In this document: positions 41,146 to 52,810 of the stretch, piece after piece
How positions within the stretch are numbered: position 1 is the stretch's first letter
Layout of the letters: each line of letters opens with the position of its first letter
Assembly (NCBI RefSeq): GCF_009914755.1
Contig: NC_060927.1
From: the human T2T-CHM13v2.0 reference genome, Homo sapiens
DNA length: 64,000 bases
Reading direction: 5' to 3' (one strand)
Notes under the pieces: generated by a model
Database searches by the model: none
What the model saw: the letters and a program-made list of their open reading frames with translations, nothing else
What the model was told of the DNA's origin: nothing
Program-made: the position numbers and the translations under genes

Positions 41146-42760
41146 GCATGATGTAAAGCATGTGAAACATTCAACACAGTGACTTAACGCTTACCAAGTA
41201 GGCATTAATAGTCACTAAAAATTAAGAGCATTTGTGGACTTCAGGTACATGATTATTCCCATTTATTATGCATGGTAATTTCTACAGAGGCTTCCTTTCC
41301 GGATGACGCTGGTAGTATAACATCGTTGATATTCTATGCAGAGTTTGTTCTATTGGCGGATACCAAGCTTAAGCTTCAGAATAAAAGATACATCAAAGTA
41401 TGAAATTCTTTTATCATTTCATTCTATCTGAAAACAATTTTACAAAATTGTGCTATATATGTCACAGAAGTCTTAGATTTTTATTGTTCTTGAAATTAAC
41501 TTAATAAATATCAAATTTGATCTTTTGATCTCTAGATACTTTGATTTGTGAAAGTAAACCAAAAAATTATATCCTTGCATTTTAATCTAGCTGACCTAAG
41601 TGGCCTTACTTTTAATCTAGCTGACCTAAATATCAAAACACTTGATATATATGTGGACTAGAATTTCCCAAGTAGATTGATTTCTTCAAGGCAATTAAAG
41701 CAGTATAGAATAGAAGAAAGTTATTGAATGAATTGCTTTGGCTTCTTGATCAAAGATAGATAACTTTTTTTCCAGTTTGGATTCTAGAGAGTAAAGAAGA
41801 AAGTCTTGCAATAAAAAAGACTTTCTTGACTTTTTATATTGGAAAAGAAATAATTGATTCTATTCTCACCTTTAATATTTCCTTCTAAGGATTTTCTTCA
41901 GAGGCCATTGGATTTTGGTGAGCTTTGTTTTCACTTGATTAGGGCAACTGAGTTTCAAGCCCTTTTGCCTTCACAAATTCAAATATATTAATTCACATTT
42001 CACTTAATTTGTCCATTTGTCCATTTGTTTCTGAGAAACTGATGACGAGGAAGCATGTGCAGAAAGTCTGAATGTGTGTGTGTATTTGAGGGGCCATGGG
42101 ATACTGTTGGCTACAAACAAACATGAATCATATTTATTTTCTTATATGAGAAGAAGTTTGGATATGGAGGGTCACTAGTGTTGATTTAACTGATTAAGAA
42201 TGTCACAAAAGATTCAGGTTCTGTTCTGCTGCCCTTCATACATGGTAGCCCTATGTGCTGGCTACATTTGTCCTTTTCATCAGAAAAAGCAAAAGCCCCT
42301 CCAGAATCTTCTCTAGTAAATGCTTGCTTAAGTACATTGGCTAGAAGTGTGTTTTTCTTCCCCCCATAGCTGGGAGGCAGAGGAACTGAGAACCTGTCCT
42401 AAAACCCCTAATGGAAGCAAACAGAGAAGAAGGGAATACAAACATTATTATATTTGCTACCAAAGCAAACATAAAGAATACTTTACAATCATTATGCAAA
42501 AATTATATTCCAAGGCATCTTGACATCTACCATATTAATTAACAGAAATACACATTTCCTTACTGAATGATAATTGAGGTTCTTCTATATTTCAGGCTAA
42601 TTATTTAAAAACTTAATTGTTCATTCATTCTTTAAACATGTTTGAATGACAGCTGGTGGCCAGATACTATACTACTAAACACCATGGATAAATAAATAAA
42701 CTGTTCATAGTTTTCTTTCTCGGGAAGGAGAAAAACCATAAAACAAAATTAGTTATAGTA

Positions 42761-43328
42761 TGTGGTAGGTAGAAAAATGCTCCTACCCAAAAACGTTCAC
42801 ATCTTAATCTTGCGAACATGGTATGTTTCACAGCAAAAGAGAATCAAGGCAGCAGATGGAATTATCGTCACTAATCAGCTGGCTTGGAGATATGGAGATG
42901 GTTATGGATTATTCAGGTGGGTCCAATCTAATAACATGAGTCCTTAAATACAGAGGAAGAGACAGAGGGGATGTCAGAGAGCCAAGACATGAGAAGGACT
43001 TGACTTCCATGTCTGCAACAGTGGAGGAAAAGGGCCAAGAACAAAAGATGTGGCAGTCTCTAGATGAGAACATCCCTCAGCCTACAGCCAGCAAGAAAAC
43101 AGGAACCTTAGTCCTACAACTGCAAGGTTCTAAATTCTGCCAACAATCTGAATGAGTCTGGATGAGGATTCTTCCCCAGAGATTCTAGAAAGGGATGGAG
43201 ACAACCAGCACCTTAATTTTAGCCCAGTGAGACTTGTTATCTATGTAACTATAAGATGAAAAGGTTATGCCGTTTTAAAGCACTATGTTTGCAGTAATTT
43301 GTTAAGGCAGCAATAGAAGACTAATATA
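42761..43328 (+). mobile_element. MLT1D-like MaLR solo LTR
   Basis: tgtggtaggtagaaaaatgc...gcagatggaatta...cagccagcaagaaaacaggaaccttagtcctacaactgcaag...gtaatttgttaaggcagcaatagaagactaata. Confidence 0.85.
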
Positions 43329-43519
43329 GAGTTATATGTTAATGGCCACATTAAACAAAATATATATCATGACAAAGGCTTAAGAAACATCTGGAATATT
43401 TGGATGTCTTGGATGTTAAGAATCTTGGGTCTGTAAGTAATAAGAAGCCATCAAGAAATTTCAGCTGGGGATTTACACTAGTAAAATGAAAATTTACTTT
43501 CCAAAATTAACAGGATCAA

Positions 43520-43930
43520 TTTTCGTAGAAGCTCTATTTATAAGCACAAGAAATTGGAAACAAGCCAAATGTCTTTCAGCTGATGAATGGACAAACCAAT
43601 TGTGGCATATCCATACAATGGAGTACAATGCAGCATCAAAAAGAAACACACCGTAGACACCTGCAACAACTTGGATTAATCTCAGAGGGATTATGGTAAG
43701 TATCAGGAGCTAGTATATTGCCATTTATATGGCATTCTCAAAAAGACAAAACCACAGGGATGAAGAATGGGTGGTTGCCAGGGTTTAGAGATAGGGGTAG
43801 GGACGCATATTGCCTTAAAGCGAGAGCATGAGGGAACTACTGTGTATCCTGATGTGGTGATGTATGGGAGTCTAAATGTGAAAATTCATACAATTGTGCA
43901 TCGAAAATTAAGTTCAATTTTACTAATGAT
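43520..43930 (+). mobile_element. Old L1 (L1ME/MC) 3' fragment
   Basis: Contains aaattggaaacaagccaaatgtc...gaatggacaaaccaattgtggcatatccatacaatggag. Confidence 0.7.
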
Positions 43931-44143
43931 AATATATACATTTAGAGAAAGAAGAGACTGGCCTAGGGAAACCAGTAAGTCTCTAGAAACTCAAAACTAC
44001 TGGAGAAAAAGACCACATAGAACTATAACTGTTGTAGTGAATGGAAAAACCTGTTCAGAAGGTTTTCTCCAAAGGCAATAGCAGAAGGATTTTAGTATGA
44101 AAGAGGAAAGAGTAAAAGAAAATGTCTTCAAAACATGGATGAA

Positions 44144-44437
44144 GGCTGGGTGCGATGGCTCACACCTGTAATCCCAGCACTTTGGGAGGCCAAGACAGGA
44201 AGATTGCTTGAACCCAGGAGTCCAAGAGCCACCTGGAAAACACAGTGAGGCCCTGTCTCTACAAAAAATTTAAAAATTAGCCAGGTTTGGTGGTACATGC
44301 CTGTAGTCCCAGCTACATGGGGGGCTGAGGCAAACAGATTGCTTGAGCCTAAGAAGTCAAGGCTTCAGTAAGTCATGATTACACCACTGCACTCCAGCCA
44401 GGGTGACAGAGTGAGACCCTCTTTCAAAAAAAAAAAA
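44144..44437 (+). mobile_element. AluJ, full length
   Basis: Alu dimer with poly-A. TSD-like ggatgaag on both sides. Confidence 0.92.
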
Positions 44438-44495
44438 GCGGATGAAGGTGAACAATGATGTTAATATATATAGCGAGCACAGGAAAATGAACAGA

Positions 44496-44820
44496 TTTTT
44501 TACTATTATTATTATTATACTTTAAGTTCTGGGTTACATGTGCAGATCATGCAGTTTTGTTACATAGGTATACACGTGCCCTGGTGGTTTGCTGCACCCA
44601 TCAATCTGTCACCTACATTAGGTATTTCTCTTAATGTTATCCTTCCCCTAGCCCCCACAATCCCCAACAGGCCCTGGTGTGTGATGTTCCCCTCCCTGTG
44701 TCCATGTATTCTCATTGTTCAACTCCCACTTATGAGTGAGAACATGTGGTGTTTGGTTTTCTTATCTTGTGATAGTTTGCTGATTATGAAGGTTTCCAGC
44801 TTCATCCATGTCCCTTCAAG
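44496..44820 (-). mobile_element. 5'-truncated L1PA7/8-like 3' end
   Basis: attatactttaagttctgggttacatgtgcag...ccagcttcatccatgtccct. TSD gaacagatt. Confidence 0.9.
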
Positions 44821-45563
44821 TGGAACAGATTATTTTGATTAAATTCAGAATTCAACATGTTGAGTTTAGGTCACTGGTAGCATATTCTATCAACTTCCAA
44901 AAACACTGGACTGGAACTTAGGAGAGACTCAGATCTATCCTAGTGCTTTGGCAGCATGGGAATCTAGGTGGTAGCTGAAGCCATAGGAGAGAAAGTAGGT
45001 AGAACTTTTTCTACATAACCCTTTCCCAAATAACAATTTCCCAAGTCCTGCAATTTCTGGAACTTAAAATGAGGAACCTGTGGTTGACACTGTTAACTTA
45101 TTAAGGAGAGTGCTGTTTAGTCAGTCTCTTTACTGGTAGACATCTAGTATGGGGCATCTTCAGGAAAATGGACAAATTATTTTTGTGAATTAGTGTTCAG
45201 GATTTGTAGTGTGATAATCCATGCTTCCATAAAAAAAAAAAGCTATGTAATCACCGAATTAAAAGATTTTCTTGCTATTGAGTTTTCTGGTTGAAATAAA
45301 GCAGTGCACATTGTAACTTATTTTTGCGTTTTAGCTACTGTTTAAATCTTTGTTTACCTATCTCAGGCACACCTCAGGAACTAGTTCTTATTAAGGCTTA
45401 TAGATCAATGAAAGTTTGTAATTTTAAAGGGAGCCTCTTTATGGTGACTTAAATAGAAAGAACATATTCTTTAACCAGTGAGTAGAAACACTCTCCCTAC
45501 CATACAACACTGAAGACGTAAAGGGAAAAGTCTTCTAATTGAGGCAAAGCAAAGAAAAAGGCA

Positions 45564-47825
45564 TGTATTAGTCCCTTTTTATGCTGCTGATGAAGACATA
45601 CCTGAGACTGGAAAGAAAAAGAGGTTTAATTGAACTTGCAGTTCCATATGGCTGGGGAGGCCTCAGAATCATGGTGGGAGGTGAAAGGCACTTCTTACAT
45701 GGTGACGGCAAGAGGAAAAAGAAGAAGAAGCAAAAGCAGAAACCCCTGATAAACCCATCAGATCTTGTGAGAGTTATTTGCTATCAGGAGAATAGCATGG
45801 AAAGACTGGCCTCCATGATTAAATTACCTCCCCCTAGGTCCCTCCCACAACACGTTGGAATTCTGGGAGATACAATTCAAGTTGAGATTTGGGTGGGAAC
45901 ACAGCCAAACCATACCATTCTGCTCCTTCCAAATTTCATTACCTCACATTTCAAAATCAGTCACGCCTTCCCAACAGTCCCCCAAAGTCTTAACTCATTT
46001 CAGCATTAACTCAAAAGTCCATAGTCCAAAGCCTCATCTGAGAAAAGGCAACTCCCTTCCACCTATGAGCCTGAACAATCAAAAGCAAGCTAGTTATTTC
46101 TTAGATACAATGGGGGTACAGGTATTTGATAAATACAGTCATTCCAAATGGGAGAAATTTGCAAAAACAAAGGGGTTGCAGGGCCCATGCAGGGCAGTCA
46201 AATTTTAAAGCTCCAAAATTATCTCCCCTTTGACTCCAAGTCTCACATCCAGGTCACATTGATGCAAGAGATGGGTTCCCATGAGCTTGGGCAGCACTGC
46301 CTCTGTGGCTTTGCAGGGTACAGCCTCCCTCCTGGCTGCTTCCACGGGCCGTCATTGAGTGTCTGCAGCTTATCCAGGTGCACGGTGCAAGCTGTCAGTG
46401 GATCTACCATTCTGGGGTCTGGAGGATGGTGGCCTTTTCACAGCTTCATTAGGCAGTGCCCCAGTAGGGACTCTGTGTGAGGGCTCCAACCCCACATTTT
46501 CCTTCCACATTGGCCTAGCAAAGGTTCTCCGTGAGGGCCCTGCCCCTGCAGCAAACTTTTGCCTGGGTATCCAGGTGTTTCCATACATCTTCTGAAATCC
46601 AGGCAGAGGCTCCCAAACCTCAATTCTTGACTTCTGTTCACCTGCAGAACATCACATGGAAGCTGCCAAGGCTTGAGGCTTGCATCCTCTGAAGCCACAG
46701 CCCGAGCTCTATGTTGGCCCCTTTCAGCCACGGCTGGAGCAGCTGGGACACAGGACATCAAGTCCCTAGGCTACATACAGCGCAAGAACCCTGGGCCTGA
46801 CCCGTGAAACCACTTTCTCCTCCTGGGCCTCTGGACCTTTGATGGGAGGGGCTGCCCAGACGGTCTCTGACATGGCCTGGAGACATTTTCCCCATGATTT
46901 GAGGATTAACATTAGGCTCCTTGCTACTTCTGCAAATTTCTGCAGCCAGCTTGAATTTCTCCTCAAAAAAAAAAAAAAAAAAAGGATTTTTCTTTTCTAC
47001 TGAATCATCAGGCTGCAAATTTTCTGAACTTTTTTGCTCTGTTTCTCTTCTAAAACAGAATGCTTTTAACAGCACCCAAGACACCTTTGGAATGCTTTGC
47101 TGCTTAGAAATTTCTTCCATCAGATACCCTAAATCATCTCTCTCAAGCTCAAAGTTCCACAAATCTCTAGGGCAGGGGCAAAATGCCTCCAGTCTATTTG
47201 CTAAACATAGCAAGAGTCACCTTTGCTCCAGTTCTCAATAAGTTCCTCATCTCCATCTGAGACCACCTCAGCCTGGACCTTATTGTTCATATCACTAACA
47301 GCATTTTTGTCAAAGCCATTCAACAAGTCTCTAGGAGGTTCCAAACTTTCCCACATTTTCCTGTCTTCTTGTGAGCCCTCCAAACTGTTCCAACATCTTC
47401 CTGTTACCCAGTTCCAAAGTCGCTTCCAGATTTTCGGGTGTCTTTTTAGCAATGTCCCACTCCCAGTACCAATTTACTGTATTAGTCCATTTTCATGCTG
47501 CTGATAAAGACATACCTGAGACTGGGACGAAAAGAGGTTTAATTGGACTTACAGTTCCATATAGCTGGGGAGGCCTCAGAATCATGGTGGGAAGCAAAAG
47601 ACCTTACATGGTGGTGGCAAGAGAAAAATTAGGAAGAAGCAAAAGCAGAAACCCCTGATAAACCCTTCAGATCTCGTGAGACTTATTCACTATCACGAGA
47701 ATAGCAAGGGAAAGACTGTCCCCCATGATTCAGTTACCTCCCCCTGGGTCCCTCTCACAACTTGTGGGAATTCTGGGAGATACAATTAGTTGAGATTTGG
47801 GTGGGGACACAGCCAAACCATATCA
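45564..47825 (-). mobile_element. Full-length THE1A MaLR element (LTR 45564-45917, internal 45918-47477, LTR 47478-47825)
   Basis: Two THE1A LTRs (gcaaaagcagaaacccctgataaaccc). THE1-int ORF remnants (FCPCPRDLWNFELERDDLGYL). Perfect 5-bp TSD AGGCA at 45559-45563 and 47826-47830. Confidence 0.95.
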
Positions 47826-48444
47826 AGGCAACTTAAGATAAATTCATATCAACCTGATAATTAAAGTTTTTATGATAGCAATATCAGTGTCATCAGAACA
47901 AATTTGAAAAATGTTTGCTACATCCTTCAGAGTGATTTTCAAATGTTATATGTTTATCTTTTATGAAGACAGTTGGAAATAGAGTTTATTACCAAGTCTC
48001 TATGACATGGCCAAATTCACTGGCTAAGTGGATTTGCAATTTTCTGTTGTCTTAGTAATTGGCTGAGAGGCAAACAATCAGACTGACAGTGTGGTAAGCC
48101 AATTTGTTCATCAAGGAGATATAAAATCCTGGTTCAACTGTGCCTCAGTACACTTTCTGCAGTTGCCTGGCTGTTAGGAATTCATGTCCAGTTTGTGACT
48201 AAAGGGAAGGATTTGGGTTTTACATTGCAATTACTATCCTGCATAGGATGCGTCCATTGTTTACAGCAAGACAGTTCAGAAGCTGGCAATAGACCCAACC
48301 AATAAAGAAGGACAAATATTTGGGAGATGTCAAGGCCAGAGGGCAACAAAAGTTCCGTGTGGGAAATAATCATTTTTAAAGACACAGCAGGCATCAATTA
48401 AAATTGAGGCAAAATATCTTACATTTAAAATATTTAATTCTGTG

Positions 48445-49115
48445 TTAAAAGCCTCCTAACTGGCCCGACTGAGTCCACTCTGACCCCCTCCGGTTTATTC
48501 TCACCAGGACTGCCTCAGAAATTGGCTCCAAGGTGGAAATCTCAACAATGGGCTGCTGCTCCCTTGCTTCAGCCTAAAATCTTTCAATGGCTCCCCTTCT
48601 CCTTGGGATAAACACAATACTTGGCAGGCCTGTGAGGCTCTGCAATGCCCTGCCTTCACTTGCTTGTTCAGCACCATCATACACCACCCTTCCTTGCTCC
48701 CTGCTCCCAATCACACAGTCCTTTGTGTCCCTTGTTCTGGCTGTACTGTCCCTGCCATTGGTCTTTAAACACAGTTTTCTCTGAATGGAGGACTCTTCCC
48801 TCCCCTATTGCCTCATTAACTCCTACTCATCCTTCAGGTCTCAGCTCCAGGATGATTTCCTCAGTGAAGCCTCTTGAGACCTCCCTAAGTGCAGCCCTCC
48901 CGAAGTAAAGTTCGCACCCCATGCACCAGCTTGTATTACTTATTATGGTTGCCAACAGACTCCTTCATGTGATTATTTGATATTGTTTATCTCTGCTGCT
49001 AACAGTAAGCTCTGTGGCTGTGTATTTTTGCTTACTATTGCCTCCCCAGAACTGAGAAAAGTACCAGAAGACACAGACACTTAAAATGTACAGTATTTGC
49101 TGAATATACAAACAG
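48445..49115 (+). mobile_element. L2 3' fragment
   Basis: gcctcctaactgg...ctttcaatggctcccc...cctactcatccttcaggtctcagctc...tatttgctgaat. Confidence 0.7.
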
Positions 49116-49639
49116 ATGAGGTAAGAACATTTTCAGGGATTCTTGATCATATAACTTCTACACAGTGTTTATAGCACTGTCCTCCATTAAGTGAAGAAAC
49201 TACTCTATCATGCAGCGTAATACTTTCAATAACCAAGTGCTTAATGTAAGTTTAAGAAATACAGTTAAAGTCATATAGGCAGAATTATATTGACATATAG
49301 CTCAGAGAAATGTTGACAGTGGTTAGTTTTTATCAGTGTGAATAGGCTAAGAGCAGAGACAAAAAAATACCAGTTCTCCCACCTAGGGTAGGTGGCTCTA
49401 GGGAACACAACATGTAATGTCTTTACAAAGTTTCTGAGAGGTAGCCAAAACTCCTGGGTTAAACTGACTTAAAATCAGCTAATACTAAGAAGTTAACTTA
49501 GTCCTAGAGCAGAGGTTATAACTCAATAGACAAATTAGGGATCCATGAATCCAAGAGCTAACTCATAGAGTACCTCATAGAGTTAAAACTTCATTCTCTT
49601 CACTTTGTAGAAAAAAAAAATTAAGCACAACATACTTAA

Positions 49640-50240
49640 AAATATATATCTGTAGTCACATTCCTGGTGTGGGTCAATATCAGAATTAGAAATCAGATGG
49701 CAAAGATATTCCTTAATGGTTTCTATATGTGTAATACTATAGTGACTCTGTAGAAAAATGAATTTAAAAGATGAACTCATCCATATGTGACTGTGGAAAA
49801 CAACCCCTAATAAATATTTGGCAGATCTCTCAAAGCATTTTAAAAATGAAAATAAGTGTTACAAATTCTAAAAAGATAATAGCCAAGGCAATTGGTATCT
49901 CCAAAACTAAATATTTTTTAAAGAATCAGACTAGAAAGAAAATATAATCATGGAACTTAAGTTGGCTGAATGGTAAATAATAATTATATAGTTATAATAA
50001 AGTAATGATTATTAATTTAACAAAAAAGATATTACTATAATCATTGGGATGATTGGATAAATATAAAAATGGATAATGTCTAAAGTTGATAAATCAAGAA
50101 ATAACAGTATAAGTATCTTATGTAGAAATGTGGAGCTAAGTATATAAATGTTTTAAAGTATTATCTCTGGGGAGTAGGGATGAGTGGTAAAAGATGGTTG
50201 GAGTACGGCCTGCTATTGTTTTTCTGAAGCTTTCAGCACT
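49640..50240 (+). mobile_element. Old L1 (L1MC/ME) 3' UTR fragment, interrupted by LTR41
   Basis: AT-rich L1 3' UTR-like sequence (aaagttgataaatcaagaaataacagtataagtat). Appears to resume at 51088. Confidence 0.5.
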
Positions 50241-51087
50241 TGTTGCAGTCAAAGTCCAATTAGGAGAAAGAAAATACGCAGTGAGTTGAACAGGGAAATT
50301 TCAATATAAAAAAAATTGTAATAGGGAATTAGCTACTAAAGTGTGAAAAGGACACTCAAGCAGCCATTACCCCTAAGGCTGAGGTAGAGAACCCAAGGTA
50401 GGAAGAAATCTGGAAGATGCATCCGCCTCAGGGCTGAACCCCAGACCTTCTGTTAGAAGGTACAGCTGTGGCCTACTGTGTGGCATAAAAGTTTGCATCA
50501 GTGAGACTCACTCTGAAGACACCCTCTGGGAAGGCATCTTCAGGGTGATGCCACAAAAGTGGCACTCACCAGGAACTGCTCTCTGGGGTTCCAGAAGTTG
50601 TACCCATGAGAAGGTACCTCAGAAATTACTTGGAAGGGGTGGTGCTGGGAAAAGCCATCCACAGGGAGGTGCCATGCTTCATGACTCACTGTGAAGCCAC
50701 ATGAGGGGTACCAGGGAAGCTGTCTATGCTCCTTGGAATTCACTGTCAAGTTGCCCAAAGAGGTGCCAGAGGAAGCCATCCACAGGGAGAAGCCACACCA
50801 ATGGGACTTTCTGGGAAGCTGCTCTCTGAAATGTTATGAGAAGCTGCTTTTAGAAAGCAACATGACACGTTCTGCAGGAGGTTACTGAGAGGAGCAGGGA
50901 AGAGCCAGGAAGAGAAACCTCTGCCTTCTCCAGTGGCTCTCCAGAGCACTCTCCAGACAACATTTAACATTTACCACCACACTTGCTGGCAAAGGAGAAG
51001 TGCTTACACAGTCCATTTCTGGCTTTGCATTGCAGACAATGAAGGGTGAATTTGGAGCTGAGAGACAACAGATTGATAACTGGAACA
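50241..51087 (-). mobile_element. LTR41-like ERVL solo LTR
   Basis: Minus-strand start tgttccagttatcaatctgttgtctctcagctccaaattcaccctt. Internal repeats gccatccacagggag. TSD GCACT/GTACT. Confidence 0.7.
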
Positions 51088-51224
51088 GTACTTTTTGAAT
51101 GTGTTAAATAATGTACATTGATATAGGTCAAAATTAATCCTTTAAAAGCAGTTGCTAAAAAAAGTGCTGTTTGATGATATAATATGTTTCTTCCTATTTT
51201 TAAAGATTTATTCCTCTTTGATGG

Positions 51225-51584
51225 TGTATTAGTTTTCACACTGCTAAAAAGATACTACCTGAGACTGGGTAATTTATAAACAAAAAGGGCTTAGTTGACT
51301 CTCAGTTCCACATGGCTTGGGAGGCCTCAGGAGACTTACAGTCATGGCAGAAGGCAAAGGGGAAGAAACATTTTCTTCACAAGGTGGCAAGAGAGAGAGA
51401 GAACACAGGGAAAACTGCCACTTTTAACCCATCAGACCTTGTAAGAATTCTCTCACTATCACAAGAACAGCATGGGGAAACCACCCCCATGATCCAATCA
51501 CCTCCCACCAGGTCCCTCCCTCTACATGTGAGGACTGCAATTTGAGATGTGATTTGGGTGGGGACACAGAGCCAAAATACAGCA
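51225..51584 (-). mobile_element. THE1D-like solo LTR
   Basis: THE1C/D sequence (aaactgccacttttaacccatcaga...ccaggtccctccct). Perfect TSD GATGG. Confidence 0.9.
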
Positions 51585-52089
51585 GATGGTAAAAAATCGT
51601 GATACCCCCCCTTGCTCCCTTTCAATTTAGCATTTATAACAAATCATATTATCATCTTGAAGCGTGCTTGTTTTTTTTACCACCCACCCCAATTTATAAT
51701 TTTCCTGCACTTGATTCTTTGTTCCTAAATATATTTTATCACTATTTTATGACATGCATTTTTAAAGGTAGTCTCTATAGCTTCTAATAAGACGTAGTCC
51801 CAGCTTTCCAGATGTTTATTGTCTGGCTGAAGTCATAAAACAAGTTCAATTAAAACAATTAGGTAAAAACAAAATTCAGAACCTTATTAAGTAATCAATT
51901 TTGCAGGATGAAGATTTATGCTCTAGGAGTTCTTTGAAAAAATAATATCCAAATCATAACAGTGAGAGCGTCCTGAAGACTAAAACTGACCTTTAAAACA
52001 AGAAAATCATTTGTTTCAGCTGAGGGAAATAGAGGAGAGACAGAGAGAAGACATTACTTTGACCCTCAGGGACTTCCAAGGCATAGTGA

Positions 52090-52810
52090 AGCTCAGAGTT
52101 TGATTAACTGCCTTCTATGGGTCACCATAGTCTGACCCCACTGTCTCTCTAAATCATCTTTGACCCTGTTTGACATCAATTCTCTATTCCCTTCACTTTG
52201 GCTTATGTATTGCCCTGAACACATCTTGTTCATATTTCTATTAGACATTGTTCTTGAATCTTCTTTTTGGAATGCACCCTTCTCCCTCCTCTTCATCTGT
52301 CTGAGTCTTGCACTTCACCCAAGACCAAGTATCTTGACCTGCAAGAATTTTTCCCTATTCTAAATTTCCAAAGCACTTAATTCTATTCACTCATTGAAAG
52401 TCATAGTATTGTGTGATGAGGTAGAATAATAGAAAGGGCAAAGACCTATAGTTAGAAGTCTTAAGTTCAAGTCAACATCCTTGCTGTATTCCCTAACTTC
52501 TCTCAGTCTCAGTTTTTTTCACTGTAACAGGGTTGATGATACCTGTTTCATAGAGCTGTTGTGAGGATTGAATGATTTTGTATATTTATGTGTGGCCTGA
52601 AATTCTTGAAAATTTTTCTGAGTAAATCACATATAAGCTATGGCTGTGTGTGTGTATATGTGTGTATTTTCACACCATCTAGGATATAAACGTATAGAAG
52701 GAACAATGTCTAATAATTGTTCATATTCCCCTTAGCATCTAGTGCTAGCAAAGCACCTACTCCCAGTGCTTAGCAAATAGTAAACACTGAATAAACACTA
52801 ACTAGATGAA
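52090..52810 (+). mobile_element. Degenerate L2 with a nested MIR (~52410-52590)
   Basis: MIR core ctcagtttttttcactgtaacaggg...gctgttgtgaggattgaatga. L2 end cagtgcttagcaaatagtaaacactgaataaa. Confidence 0.55.

Noticed and set aside
45581-47658. Dense overlapping ORFs on both strands
   Set aside because: They are fragments of the THE1 LTR and internal sequence, not genes.
50865-50895. Position where LTR41 copies often carry a CTCF motif
   Set aside because: The sequence here (ctgcaggaggttact) is too degenerate to call a site.
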